This document shows, one piece after another, positions 1-8,052 of a stretch of DNA of 32,000 nucleotides. The notes beneath the pieces were generated by a model. It saw nothing but the letters and a program-made list of their open reading frames with translations, had not been told where the DNA came from and did not search any database. The translations under genes were made by a program, and so were the position numbers. Numbering within the stretch: the stretch's first letter is position 1; the number at the start of each line of letters is the position of its first letter. This stretch comes from an uncultured Roseburia sp. (GTDB lineage Bacteria > Bacillota > Clostridia > Lachnospirales > Lachnospiraceae), in NCBI GenBank assembly GCA_945787015.1, contig CALZGM010000013.1, positions 28,568 to 60,567 of the forward strand, read 5' to 3'.

Positions 1-895
1 TCATAATCAGGCTTTTGAACAGTGCCGGATTTCTCCCCGACTTCTGAATAGAAGCCTTTGCTTTCTGTCCGATTTCACTCTGCTTCACCTCCAAAATCTG
101 TTTCTCCGGCACACCACTGACGAATGCCCTGTCCACCGTCTGATTCCACATGGTACGAACCCGATTATCCGCTTCTATCTGCTCTGCTTTTGGATTGTTT
201 TTGCCAACCTTTTTCATGGGCAGATACACACCATTCTTATCAAATACTTTCAGCTTCTCCTTATCATCCCTCACATAAATATTGATAAGGTCTGTATAGG
301 AACGTTTTACCTCATCAAGGAAACTGTCGCTCTTAAATCGGCTGTCCTTTATGGTAAAAAGATTACGCTCATATACTTCGCCCTTGGGAATAATTTTACA
401 GCCACTCCGAAGCTGTCCAGCATCATCCATTATCTCTTTTTTGGTTCGTACATGCTTTCCGGTTTCATCATAAAACATGTTCCTTGTGGCAATCTTCAAC
501 ACAGGAGCATCAAGCAGCTTCCGCTCCGAAAAGATAAGATGAATATGATAATTTGTCTTGCGTTTGTTATGGTGCAAAGCAGCGATGCACTCCACGTCAT
601 ATTTTTGCTTGAAGTATTCCGTAAAAAGTTTCAGCAATTTGTCCGGTTCATAATCCACGAATCTTTCCGGCAGTGCAATAATCAGTTCCCTTGCTTCAAT
701 ACACTTGCCTTCTGTTCCGCTTCTCTTAAATTCCTCCTGGTTACACTTGGCAAGTTCCGTCCAAAATTTACGGTCAGTTGTTTCATAAACTGCGTACAAA
801 TTTTCCTGCCTTGCGTGACTAGAGATATAGTTAATTCTTCCTTTTAAATTTGTCAGTTTTGACATCTGTATAAATGAATTTCTTACAATAGGCAT
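1..895 (-). CDS. MOBQ-type conjugative relaxase, N-terminal ~298 aa (3' end runs off the window)
   Basis: Own translation from the ATG at 895: MPIVRNSFIQMSKLTNLKGRINYISSHARQENLY... It has an N-terminal catalytic-Tyr-like motif (RINYISS, compare RSF1010 MobA ADYIQRE) and a 3-His motif (LHHNKRKTNYHIHLIF). The frame is open to position 1. It is missing from the ORF track because it is edge-truncated. Confidence 0.8.
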   Translation of the reverse strand, partial: MPIVRNSFIQMSKLTNLKGRINYISSHARQENLYAVYETTDRKFWTELAKCNQEEFKRSGTEGKCIEARELIIALPERFVDYEPDKLLKLFTEYFKQKYDVECIAALHHNKRKTNYHIHLIFSERKLLDAPVLKIATRNMFYDETGKHVRTKKEIMDDAGQLRSGCKIIPKGEVYERNLFTIKDSRFKSDSFLDEVKRSYTDLINIYVRDDKEKLKVFDKNGVYLPMKKVGKNNPKAEQIEADNRVRTMWNQTVDRAFVSGVPEKQILEVKQSEIGQKAKASIQKSGRNPALFKSLIM

Positions 896-940
896 TGCCC
901 CCTTTCTTTGAAAACTGGTGGCGATTATGCCACTGTGAGT

Positions 941-1174
941 GGACACATAGGTGTCCGTTTACGAACTCATTGCCGTATCCGGCATGGACACAAATGCGAC
1001 AGCATTTGAACGCAGATAAGCATTGTAAATGCTTATACAGCGATGCTCTTTCGCTGTACTGCGAAGCAGCTGCGTTCATGAGCAAGCAGCGTAGCGGATT
1101 GCGAATGTCAGCCCCCTGCAAGGGCGAAATACACAGAGTACAAATCGAAGATTTGTGCGATGGGTGTATTTCGC
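941..1174. repeat. Cluster of perfect hairpins upstream of the relaxase; candidate oriT
   Basis: ggacac/gtgtcc at 941-956. ataagcatt-gta-aatgcttat at 1016-1036. acagcga/tcgctgt at 1037-1057. A nested hairpin with outer arms gcgaaatacac (1124-1134) and gtgtatttcgc (1164-1174), and inner arms acaaatc/gatttgt (1140-1156). Confidence 0.45.
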
Positions 1175-1299
1175 TCTCAAACGCCGAGGGCTTGTGAGAG
1201 AAGTCCGGCTCCTTCCATTTGTTCCCTTACACTGCTTTCTCCTTAACGATATTTACAGGAGCGTGCCACGCTCCCGTCATACACACCGAAGGGAAAAAT

Positions 1300-1533
1300 C
1301 TACCATCGAAAGTCCCGATGCATTCCTACCTTTTCCAGATACTCCTGCCTTGCCTTTTCCCGTTCTTCCTCGGTTGGTGCTGTCTTATATTTTGTATATA
1401 AATCCCGCCTTACCATAGCTTCCAGTTTGTCCTCCAATCCCTTCTTAATCTCTGGCAAAACATCATCTGTTTCCACCAAGTGATACTTCAAAAGTGCGAA
1501 GAACAGTTCCTCGGAAATCTGTATGTTTTTCAA
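1300..1533 (-). CDS. Small helical hypothetical protein (77 aa) of the mobilization operon
   Basis: ORF-track protein MKNIQISEELFFALLKYHLVE... It is co-directional with the ATPase and the relaxase. I recognise no motif. Confidence 0.55.
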   Translation of the reverse strand: MKNIQISEELFFALLKYHLVETDDVLPEIKKGLEDKLEAMVRRDLYTKYKTAPTEEEREKARQEYLEKVGMHRDFRW

Positions 1534-1563
1534 TCTATCAATCCATCCTTTCCATCATCTTCC

Positions 1564-1647
1564 GTGACGGTTGCGTACGATTGCGACGATTATTTCTATA
1601 CCAGCACCGCTATATAAAATACCGTCGCAACCGTCGCTAATCGTCAC
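1564..1647. repeat. Iteron-like imperfect inverted repeat built from ACGRTTGCG units around an AT-rich spacer
   Basis: Units acggttgcg (1567-1575), acgattgcg (1577-1585) and acgattat (1586-1593). Inverted copies cgcaaccgt (1626-1634) and cgctaatcgt (1635-1644). Outer arms gtgacg/cgtcac. Confidence 0.6.
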
Positions 1648-2801
1648 GCTCTCTGTTCTAATGTCAGTTTAATCATTCGTGAACTGTGTCCTCGTTTACT
1701 CTCGTACCGAATACCATAATCCATAAATAAACGCTCCATGCCGATGTTTAATTTTCTTGTAAGGATGTTTGGCTGCATATCCATCTCCGGCAAAAGCTGT
1801 AACAATTCCGAAGCGGTTCCGATCCACTGAGGCTGTTCCTCTGATACCACCTTTGCAATCGCTTCCAGCACCGGATCAGCAGGCTCTTTCCAAAGCTCCG
1901 TTTCTGCTTTTGTCAGCTTCCACACACACTGTTCTCTGTCAAAATCGAGAAGCAGTCGCTGGTCTTGCTGGTCACGTCCTGCCACCTCTAAAACCGCTTT
2001 ATTATCCGTCCTCTTTTCCTTCTGCATGACAAATGCTCCGTCCGCAGCTCCCAGCAATCCATTTGTGCCGGAAATCATATCAAAGCTGTCAGAGGACTCC
2101 ATCTTTCTTGTGTGGTGCACCACCAGCAGACAGATACCATGCTCATCACTAAAGGCTTTCAGCTTGGTTACAATCTCATAGTCACTGGCATAGCTGAATT
2201 TATCTCCACCAAGTTCCCTTACCTTCTGCAAGGTATCAATGATAATCAGCCTTGCGTCTGTATGCTCTTTTACGAACTGGTTAAGCTGTTCTTCCAATCC
2301 TTCATTTAGAGTTTTGGACTGTGTGGCAAAGTAGAAATTTTCACTGCTTTCTATACCAAACATCCTTGATAAACGCTTCTGCAATCTTGCATAATCATCC
2401 TCTAATGCCAGATACAAAACAGTGCCCTTCCGCACCGGATAATCCCACAAATCAAGCCCCATGCTTACATGGTAGCCGAGCTGTGCCATAAAGAAGGATT
2501 TCCCTACCTTTGGTGCGCCCACAAATAGATAAGTACCTGCATAGATCAGTCCGTCCACAATCGGTATCTTGGGTGGATAAGCAGTATCGTAAAGTTCTGT
2601 CATGGATACTGTCTCTAATCCATCAATCCTATCTCTTTTCTCTGCCGTAACTTCCGCACCGGAACCACGATTATTTGTGGCTTGCAGATTGCCCTTATCG
2701 GGCAAATCTGCTATACTTTCCTTGTTAGTTTTACATAGTGACTGCTTCCCATCTGCGCCAACAGATGGAACCGGAGCAGTCGCTTTTTCTTTTACACTCA
2801 T
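1644..2801 (-). CDS. RepA/DnaB-like RecA-fold ATPase (AAA_25-type), probably the replication or mobilization helicase of the element
   Basis: Walker A motif GAPKVGKS and Walker B-like motif ARLIIIDTLQ. The ATG overlaps the mobC stop codon. Confidence 0.75.
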   Translation of the reverse strand: MSVKEKATAPVPSVGADGKQSLCKTNKESIADLPDKGNLQATNNRGSGAEVTAEKRDRIDGLETVSMTELYDTAYPPKIPIVDGLIYAGTYLFVGAPKVGKSFFMAQLGYHVSMGLDLWDYPVRKGTVLYLALEDDYARLQKRLSRMFGIESSENFYFATQSKTLNEGLEEQLNQFVKEHTDARLIIIDTLQKVRELGGDKFSYASDYEIVTKLKAFSDEHGICLLVVHHTRKMESSDSFDMISGTNGLLGAADGAFVMQKEKRTDNKAVLEVAGRDQQDQRLLLDFDREQCVWKLTKAETELWKEPADPVLEAIAKVVSEEQPQWIGTASELLQLLPEMDMQPNILTRKLNIGMERLFMDYGIRYESKRGHSSRMIKLTLEQRA

Positions 2802-3121
2802 TCACTCTCTCCTCTCAATCCATTCATGGTTTCCGCTATCAGTTGGATTGTGTAAAGCAATTCGTCATTTGCTTCACTGCAACTCTCCAGACGCTTCAGT
2901 TCCTCATAAATATCTGCCATCTGATTTCTTAATGCCTTATACACTCTCGGATTACCCTGTACCACCACATCACGGCACTGCAACCGTCTGATAATATAGT
3001 CCTGCTTGGTAAGACCGGATAATGCCACACAATTGTCAATCAGCTTTGCTTCTTCCTCTGATACCCGAAATCCCACAAGTTTGTTTCTCCAGCGTCCTTT
3101 GCTGTCTAAATTTTTCTCCAT
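2798..3121 (-). CDS. mobC: MobC-family relaxosome accessory protein (ribbon-helix-helix)
   Basis: RWRNKLVGFRVSEEEAKLIDNCVALSGLTKQDYIIRRL matches the MobC pattern. The ATG at 3121 overlaps the integrase stop codon (ATGA-type junction). Confidence 0.7.
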   Translation of the reverse strand: MEKNLDSKGRWRNKLVGFRVSEEEAKLIDNCVALSGLTKQDYIIRRLQCRDVVVQGNPRVYKALRNQMADIYEELKRLESCSEANDELLYTIQLIAETMNGLRGESE

Positions 3122-4203
3122 CAATCCATCTCTCCTTTTCCCATTCGCTCAATGTCCAATTTATCTGCCATTTCCGTCTGCTTCGTTGGAAATAAATGTG
3201 CATACCGGTAAGTAATATCAATACTTTCATGTCCTACCCTTTCCGCAATCGCCAGAGCAGAAAATCCCATCTCAATCAAAAGTGAAATCGCACTGTGACG
3301 AAGATCATGGATGCGGATACGCTTGACTCCTGCTGCCTTTGCCCCTCTGTCCATCTCATGGTGCAGATACGACTTGGTAATCTGGAACAGCCTTTCATCC
3401 TCCCCAATCTCATACAGCATACCAATATACTCTTGCATTTCCTCACACAAAAACTTCGGCATTTTAATTGTCCGGTTACTTTTCTTGGTTTTCGGTGTGG
3501 TAATCACATCCCTGCCATTCAACCGCTGATAGGACTTATTGATGGTCAGCTCCTGACGCTCGAAATTAAAGTCCTTTGGTGTAAGGGCAAGCAGCTCCCC
3601 ACACCGGATTCCCGTCCAATAGAGCATTTCAAACGCATAATAGGAAACAGGCTTATCCATCATCACATCCGCAAATTTCAGATATTCCTCTTTCGTCCAG
3701 AACAGCATTTCCTTGTGTTCCTCGCTTCCCATCGATCCGGCTCTCTGCGCCGGATTGGAAGGCAAATGATAATATCTTACTGCATGATTGAAAATGGCAC
3801 TGAGCTGGCTGTGGATGGTTTTAAGGTAAGTTGGGGAATACACTTCCCCATTCTCTCCCTTATAGGCAAGAAGCTCATTCTGCCAGGCAATCACATCCTT
3901 TGGCTCAATCTCCGCAATCTTACGCTCCCCGAAATAAGGAAGTATCTTGGTACGGATAATATGGCTTTTGGACTCCCATGTGTTCTCCTTTACCCGTTTT
4001 TTCTTGTCGGCTTCATAAATCTCAAAGAAGCTGGCAAAAGTCATATCCAGCTTGGACTCACTTTTTAACATCACCTCCCTCTCCCATGCTTGTGCTTCTC
4101 GTTTGGTTGCAAAACCACGTTTCTGTGTCTGTTTCCGCTCTCCCTTATAATTGGTATAGCGGTAAATGACACGCCATTTGTCACCATCTTTATATACAGC
4201 CAT
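3121..4203 (-). CDS. int: Tyrosine site-specific integrase
   Basis: N-terminal arm-binding-type domain (MAVYKDGDKWRVIYRY...REAQAWE). Catalytic pattern TGIRCGELLAL ... HDLRHS ... GHESIDITYRYAHL (R, H-x-x-R, H, Y). Confidence 0.9.
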   Translation of the reverse strand: MAVYKDGDKWRVIYRYTNYKGERKQTQKRGFATKREAQAWEREVMLKSESKLDMTFASFFEIYEADKKKRVKENTWESKSHIIRTKILPYFGERKIAEIEPKDVIAWQNELLAYKGENGEVYSPTYLKTIHSQLSAIFNHAVRYYHLPSNPAQRAGSMGSEEHKEMLFWTKEEYLKFADVMMDKPVSYYAFEMLYWTGIRCGELLALTPKDFNFERQELTINKSYQRLNGRDVITTPKTKKSNRTIKMPKFLCEEMQEYIGMLYEIGEDERLFQITKSYLHHEMDRGAKAAGVKRIRIHDLRHSAISLLIEMGFSALAIAERVGHESIDITYRYAHLFPTKQTEMADKLDIERMGKGEMD

Positions 4204-4218
4204 AACATCATCTCCTCT

Positions 4219-4398
4219 CTATTCGCTGTAACATAACTTCTTGCGAAAGAAGTTGGTATTCACTCTTCCGGTAACTGTCAAATACCCAAGCTTCTGCATT
4301 TCCGCATTCAGCTCTCTGACAACCTTGTATGCATAGGACTTGGAAACATTAAGCTCCTGTGCCACTTCATCCACCGTCATAAAGTTCTTATTCTCCAT
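4219..4398 (-). CDS. xis: Excisionase / MerR-type HTH DNA-binding protein
   Basis: MENKNFMTVDEVAQELNVSKSYAYKVVRELN... The RBS aagggggA lies 6 nt before the ATG at 4398. It sits directly upstream of int. Confidence 0.75.
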   Translation of the reverse strand: MENKNFMTVDEVAQELNVSKSYAYKVVRELNAEMQKLGYLTVTGRVNTNFFRKKLCYSE

Positions 4399-4603
4399 GT
4401 GGATTCCCCCTTTCTTCAAAATTTTGTTTGCCGCTCTCCCTTACACTTTCCTGACAGGTTGCCTTGCGTGGTACTTTGTCGTGTTTCCATCCCTTCGTAC
4501 GCTCACTTTCGGTCATCGCATATTTTTCCGGATGGTATCTGCTCGGACGGTCATTTAGTTTTAACTTAACTTACTTTGTTTAAGTTTCTGTTTTGTATAA
4601 TAC

Positions 4604-4711
4604 TAAACATTTTCCGTTAAGTCAAGTGGTTTTCAGAATAATCTTAAACATTTTTATTTAAGTTCTTCTTGCTATACTCATTAACACATGTTATACTCTA
4701 CTTAAACATTT
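4604..4711. promoter_or_regulatory. Three copies of TAAACATTT in the xis / XRE divergent control region; candidate operators
   Basis: taaacattt at 4604-4612, 4645-4653 and 4703-4711. An inverted partial copy, gtttaag, lies at 4577-4583. Confidence 0.5.
4669..4697 (+). promoter_or_regulatory. Sigma-A-type promoter for the XRE repressor
   Basis: TTGCTA (4669-4674), 17-nt spacer, TATACT (4692-4697). The predicted transcription start falls on the third TAAACATTT copy. Confidence 0.5.
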
Positions 4712-4760
4712 CTGTTTTACTTAACAGATAAATGGCAACAACATGACAGGAGGCATTACT

Positions 4761-5321
4761 ATGGCAATCGGGCAACGAATTCGATTTTTCCGTAACAGAA
4801 AAGGCATGACACAAAAGCAGCTTGGAGAAGTCCTCGGCTTTCTTGGCAAGACTTCTGATGTCCGTATGGCACAATATGAATCAGAATCAAGAGTACCCAA
4901 GCATGATCTCGTAAAAGAAATGGCTGGTATCTTTGATGTCAGCACCCATGCACTTACCGTACCGGATATAGATACCTACATCGGTCTTATGCATACCTTT
5001 TTCGCATTGGAAGATATGTATGGACTGAAAATTGACGAAATGGATGGTGAAGTAGTCTTACGTTTGGATAAGTCCGACTATTCTACCTATTCCTCAATGG
5101 ATAAAATGCTCCGTGCATGGCTCGCCGAAGCTAAAAAGCTGGAGAATGGCGAAAGCACCAAAGAGGAATATGATAACTGGCGTTATAAATATCCGGAACT
5201 GGATACACACCAAGTCTGGGCTAAGGTTCCTTCACAGGAAATCAGCGATATGCTTCTCGCCGGATTAAAAGAAATGGAAAAAGAAGAAAAGAAAGAAACC
5301 AAACGCAAAATGAAAAAATAA
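4761..5321 (+). CDS. XRE-family HTH transcriptional regulator (repressor of the element)
   Basis: MAIGQRIRFFRNRKGMTQKQLGEVLG is an HTH_3 pattern. The RBS aggagg (4748-4753) lies 7 nt before the ATG at 4761. Confidence 0.8.
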   Translation: MAIGQRIRFFRNRKGMTQKQLGEVLGFLGKTSDVRMAQYESESRVPKHDLVKEMAGIFDVSTHALTVPDIDTYIGLMHTFFALEDMYGLKIDEMDGEVVLRLDKSDYSTYSSMDKMLRAWLAEAKKLENGESTKEEYDNWRYKYPELDTHQVWAKVPSQEISDMLLAGLKEMEKEEKKETKRKMKK

Positions 5322-5329
5322 GCATGAAA

Positions 5330-5380
5330 AAACCTTACCAATTTTCAGTTGTCATATCTGAAAATCAGTAAGGTTTTCTT
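5330..5380 (+). terminator. Intrinsic terminator after the XRE gene
   Basis: aaaccttaccaattttcag / ctgaaaatcagtaaggtttt form a roughly 19-bp stem, followed by a T-rich run. Confidence 0.75.
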
Positions 5381-5419
5381 ATGCTCATAAAGTAATCTTA
5401 TTCATTGAATAAGGAAATT

Positions 5420-5459
5420 CTGTTGCCAAATTGTTGCCAGTGCTTAAACAAATTTGTTT
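5420..5459. repeat. Two direct TGTTGCCA repeats plus a 14-bp perfect palindrome; candidate integrase binding or att region
   Basis: tgttgcca at 5421-5428 and 5432-5439 (11-bp phasing). aaacaaatttgttt at 5446-5459. The region lies 40 bp from the guaA stop codon. Confidence 0.4.
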
Positions 5460-5498
5460 GGAAGTCGCATAAATACTGGGTTCTTTTGGCGTTCCACC

Positions 5499-7055
5499 TT
5501 ACTCAAACTCAATTGTTCCGGGTGGCTTACTGGTCAAGTCGTAGAATACTCTGTTGACCCCGCGCACCTCATTTATAATTCGGCTCATCACAGTTTGAAG
5601 TACCTCGAACGGAATCTCTGCAGCCTCTGCTGTCATGAAGTCAATGGTATTGACTGCTCTTAAGGCAACCGCGTAGTCGTAGGTTCTTTCGTCGCCCATG
5701 ACGCCTACGGAACGCATATTGGTAAGTGCTGCGAAATACTGGCCGATGTTGCGGTCAAGGCCGGCTTTTGCGATTTCCTCACGGTAAATCGCATCGGCAT
5801 CCTGCACGATGCGCACTTTTTCAGCGGTTACTTCTCCGATGATACGGATGCCAAGCCCCGGTCCCGGGAATGGCTGACGGAATACAAGATGTTCCGGTAT
5901 TCCAAGCTCTAAGCCGGCTTTACGAACCTCGTCCTTGAAGAGGTCACGGAGTGGTTCAATGATTTCCTTGAAATCAACGCAATCCGGAAGGCCTCCAACG
6001 TTGTGGTGGGATTTGATGACTGCGGATTCACCGCCGAGACCACTCTCTACCACGTCAGGATAGATGGTTCCCTGTACGAGGAAATCAACAGCGCCGATTT
6101 TCTTTGCTTCTTCTTCAAATACACGGATAAATTCTTCACCGATGATTTTACGTTTGCGTTCAGGCTCTTCTACACCTGCGAGCTTACTGTAAAAACGCTC
6201 CTGTGCATTTACACGGATAAAGTTCAATTTATATGGGCCATCCGGTCCGAATACTGCCTCAACCTCATCGCCCTCATTTTTTCTAAGAAGGCCATGGTCT
6301 ACAAAGACGCAAGTGAGCTGCTCACCAATTGCTTTTGCAAGCATAACTGCGGCAACAGAGGAATCCACGCCGCCGGACAATGCGCAAAGCACTTTGCCGT
6401 CTCCGACTTTTTCACGAATGGTTTTGATGGAGTTCTCAACAAAGGAATCCATTCTCCAGGTTCCTGCACAGCCACAGACTCCACGAACGAAGTTGCGAAG
6501 CATCTTGGTTCCTTCCTGTGTGTGAAGTACTTCCGGATGGAACTGGATTGCATACAGATTTTTTTCACGATTTTCTGCTGCAGCAACCGGGCAGTCTGCG
6601 GTATGTGCCACGATGGAAAATCCCGGTGCAATTTTAGAAATATAATCAAAATGACTCATCCAGCAAATTGTTTTTTCGCTGACATCTGTAAAAAGCGGGG
6701 ATGCCGTATTTACGAAGACTTCTGTCTTACCATACTCGCGTACCGGTGCTTTTTCTACTTTGCCGCCAAGTACATGCATCATCAGCTGTGCGCCATAGCA
6801 AAGGCCCAGTACCGGAATGCCCAGTTCGAATAATTCTTTGGTGTAAGTCGGTGCGCCTTCCTCATAGCAGCTGTTTGGTCCGCCTGTTAAAATGATACCC
6901 ATTGGCTTCATTGCTTTAATCTGCTCGATATCGGTACGATATGAATAGATTTCACAATAAACGTTGCATTCTCTGACACGTCTTGCAACCAGCTGGTTGT
7001 ACTGACCGCCAAAGTCAATGACAATCACTTTTTCTTTGGAAATGTCGTTTCCCAT
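5499..7055 (-). CDS. guaA: GMP synthase (glutamine-hydrolysing)
   Basis: GATase start [16 protein letters not shown]-PPase motif SGGVDSS, canonical C-terminus KPPGTIEFE. Confidence 0.97.
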   Translation of the reverse strand: MGNDISKEKVIVIDFGGQYNQLVARRVRECNVYCEIYSYRTDIEQIKAMKPMGIILTGGPNSCYEEGAPTYTKELFELGIPVLGLCYGAQLMMHVLGGKVEKAPVREYGKTEVFVNTASPLFTDVSEKTICWMSHFDYISKIAPGFSIVAHTADCPVAAAENREKNLYAIQFHPEVLHTQEGTKMLRNFVRGVCGCAGTWRMDSFVENSIKTIREKVGDGKVLCALSGGVDSSVAAVMLAKAIGEQLTCVFVDHGLLRKNEGDEVEAVFGPDGPYKLNFIRVNAQERFYSKLAGVEEPERKRKIIGEEFIRVFEEEAKKIGAVDFLVQGTIYPDVVESGLGGESAVIKSHHNVGGLPDCVDFKEIIEPLRDLFKDEVRKAGLELGIPEHLVFRQPFPGPGLGIRIIGEVTAEKVRIVQDADAIYREEIAKAGLDRNIGQYFAALTNMRSVGVMGDERTYDYAVALRAVNTIDFMTAEAAEIPFEVLQTVMSRIINEVRGVNRVFYDLTSKPPGTIEFE

Positions 7056-7115
7056 TTATCGTTTCCTCCTGATGAATACTCCTGTTACTAAAAGATTGTT
7101 CTTATTATAAAATAA

Positions 7116-7616
7116 TTAGTCCCAATTTACAACTTTTTTCACTCGTTTTATTACCATGGCACCCAAAATACCGATTGCCACACCGGAAGCCAGTCCGGCG
7201 ATGATTAATACCGGCAGATAGTAAACTAAACTTGCTGTCTTTACCACCCAGATTGCCATGAGAATCTGGCCTACGTTGTGGAACACACCGCCCACCACGC
7301 TGACACCTGTCGTTGAAAGTTTTCCGCTGCGCTTAGCGATACACATAGCAAGAAAGCTTAAGATACCGCCTGCTAGGCTGTAAAGCATACTAGCCAGGTT
7401 GGCAAAGGTAAAACCAACCAGCACAATACGCACCATCGATAACAGAAATGCGTTTCTCTCGCCAATCGTATAAAGCGCTACGATAATGACGAGATTGGCA
7501 AGCCCAAGCTTTGCGCCGGGAACGCCAATATTGATTGGAATTAACGTTTCAATATAAGAAAATATAAATGCAAGGGCAACTAACAACCCCAGATATGCAA
7601 TTTTTTTCGTCTTCAT
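7116..7616 (-). CDS. Gx transporter family membrane protein (heptaprenyl diphosphate synthase component I-like)
   Basis: MKTKKIAYLGLLVALAFIFSYIETLIP...GAKLGLANL. It is polytopic and hydrophobic. The ATG at 7616 is preferred over the upstream alternative start. Confidence 0.7.
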   Translation of the reverse strand: MKTKKIAYLGLLVALAFIFSYIETLIPINIGVPGAKLGLANLVIIVALYTIGERNAFLLSMVRIVLVGFTFANLASMLYSLAGGILSFLAMCIAKRSGKLSTTGVSVVGGVFHNVGQILMAIWVVKTASLVYYLPVLIIAGLASGVAIGILGAMVIKRVKKVVNWD

Positions 7617-7654
7617 ATGTCTTCTCCACCCGCATGCCAAAAGCACGCTATGTT

Positions 7655-8041
7655 TTAGTTTGTCACGGCATCCAAATCGGATTCCTCGCCGTTTTCAATT
7701 TCCACTACTACTTTATTCGGCAGGCAGACAATGCTCTGTCCCTGCTTGCTGATTGCTCTGTGATTGACACAGATGCCGTCCGGGCAGGAAGCCTCGGTCA
7801 CGTCTGCTTTTCCGTCCTGAATCACCAAAAGATTGTAGGAGCCATCCGGCAGTTCAATTCGTTCCTCAGTGTCTACCACAAGTGGAAAACGTCCATATTC
7901 TACATCATCTATTTTTACGACTGCCACACCGTTTTTCGTATTGGCACCCTGAAAAAAGCTCATGCAAAAGTACGCCGCCAATGCCACCACAAGAAGAACA
8001 CCGATTAAAATCAAGTCATTTTTTTTCTTATTTTCTTCCAT
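7655..8041 (-). CDS. NusG domain II-containing membrane-anchored protein (DUF1312-like)
   Basis: N-terminal TM helix, then VVKIDDVEYGRFPL ... ASCPDGICVNH ... IVCLPNKVVVEI. Confidence 0.65.
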   Translation of the reverse strand: MEENKKKNDLILIGVLLVVALAAYFCMSFFQGANTKNGVAVVKIDDVEYGRFPLVVDTEERIELPDGSYNLLVIQDGKADVTEASCPDGICVNHRAISKQGQSIVCLPNKVVVEIENGEESDLDAVTN

Positions 8042-8052
8042 CTTTTCCTCAA

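Larger units (their letters stand above)
1..5460. mobile_element. Right-hand ~5.4 kb of an integrative mobilizable element (IME or ICE end) inserted beside the 3' end of guaA; the left end lies outside the window
   Basis: Co-directional, overlapping gene chain xis-int-mobC-ATPase-orf77-relaxase, plus a divergent XRE repressor. It ends within about 180 bp of the guaA stop codon. No T4SS genes are visible in the part seen. Confidence 0.7.

Noticed and set aside
831-1418. ORFs 831-1121(-), 895-1197(+), 1155-1418(+) and 1219-1401(+) in the relaxase upstream gap.
   Set aside because: They overlap each other and the hairpin cluster. They have no RBS and implausible Cys/His/Arg-rich sequences. The region is better explained as non-coding oriT/regulatory DNA.
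3295-4068. Long plus-strand ORFs antisense to minus-strand genes. Examples: 3295-4068, 6003-6833, 12577-13005, 20173-20607, 24589-25020 and 27652-28071.
   Set aside because: Each lies entirely inside a minus-strand gene with strong family motifs. The translations are low-complexity, Cys/Phe/Leu-rich and motif-free, and none has an RBS. They are shadow ORFs.
4420-4560. A 42-codon ORF upstream of xis (MTESERTKGWKHDK...).
   Set aside because: There is no convincing RBS, and the sequence is short and highly basic with no recognisable motif. I cannot distinguish it from chance.
7056-7115. Purine/guanine riboswitch in front of guaA.
   Set aside because: Only about 60 nt separate guaA from the upstream gene. 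That is too short for the aptamer plus expression platform, and no conserved riboswitch core is seen.
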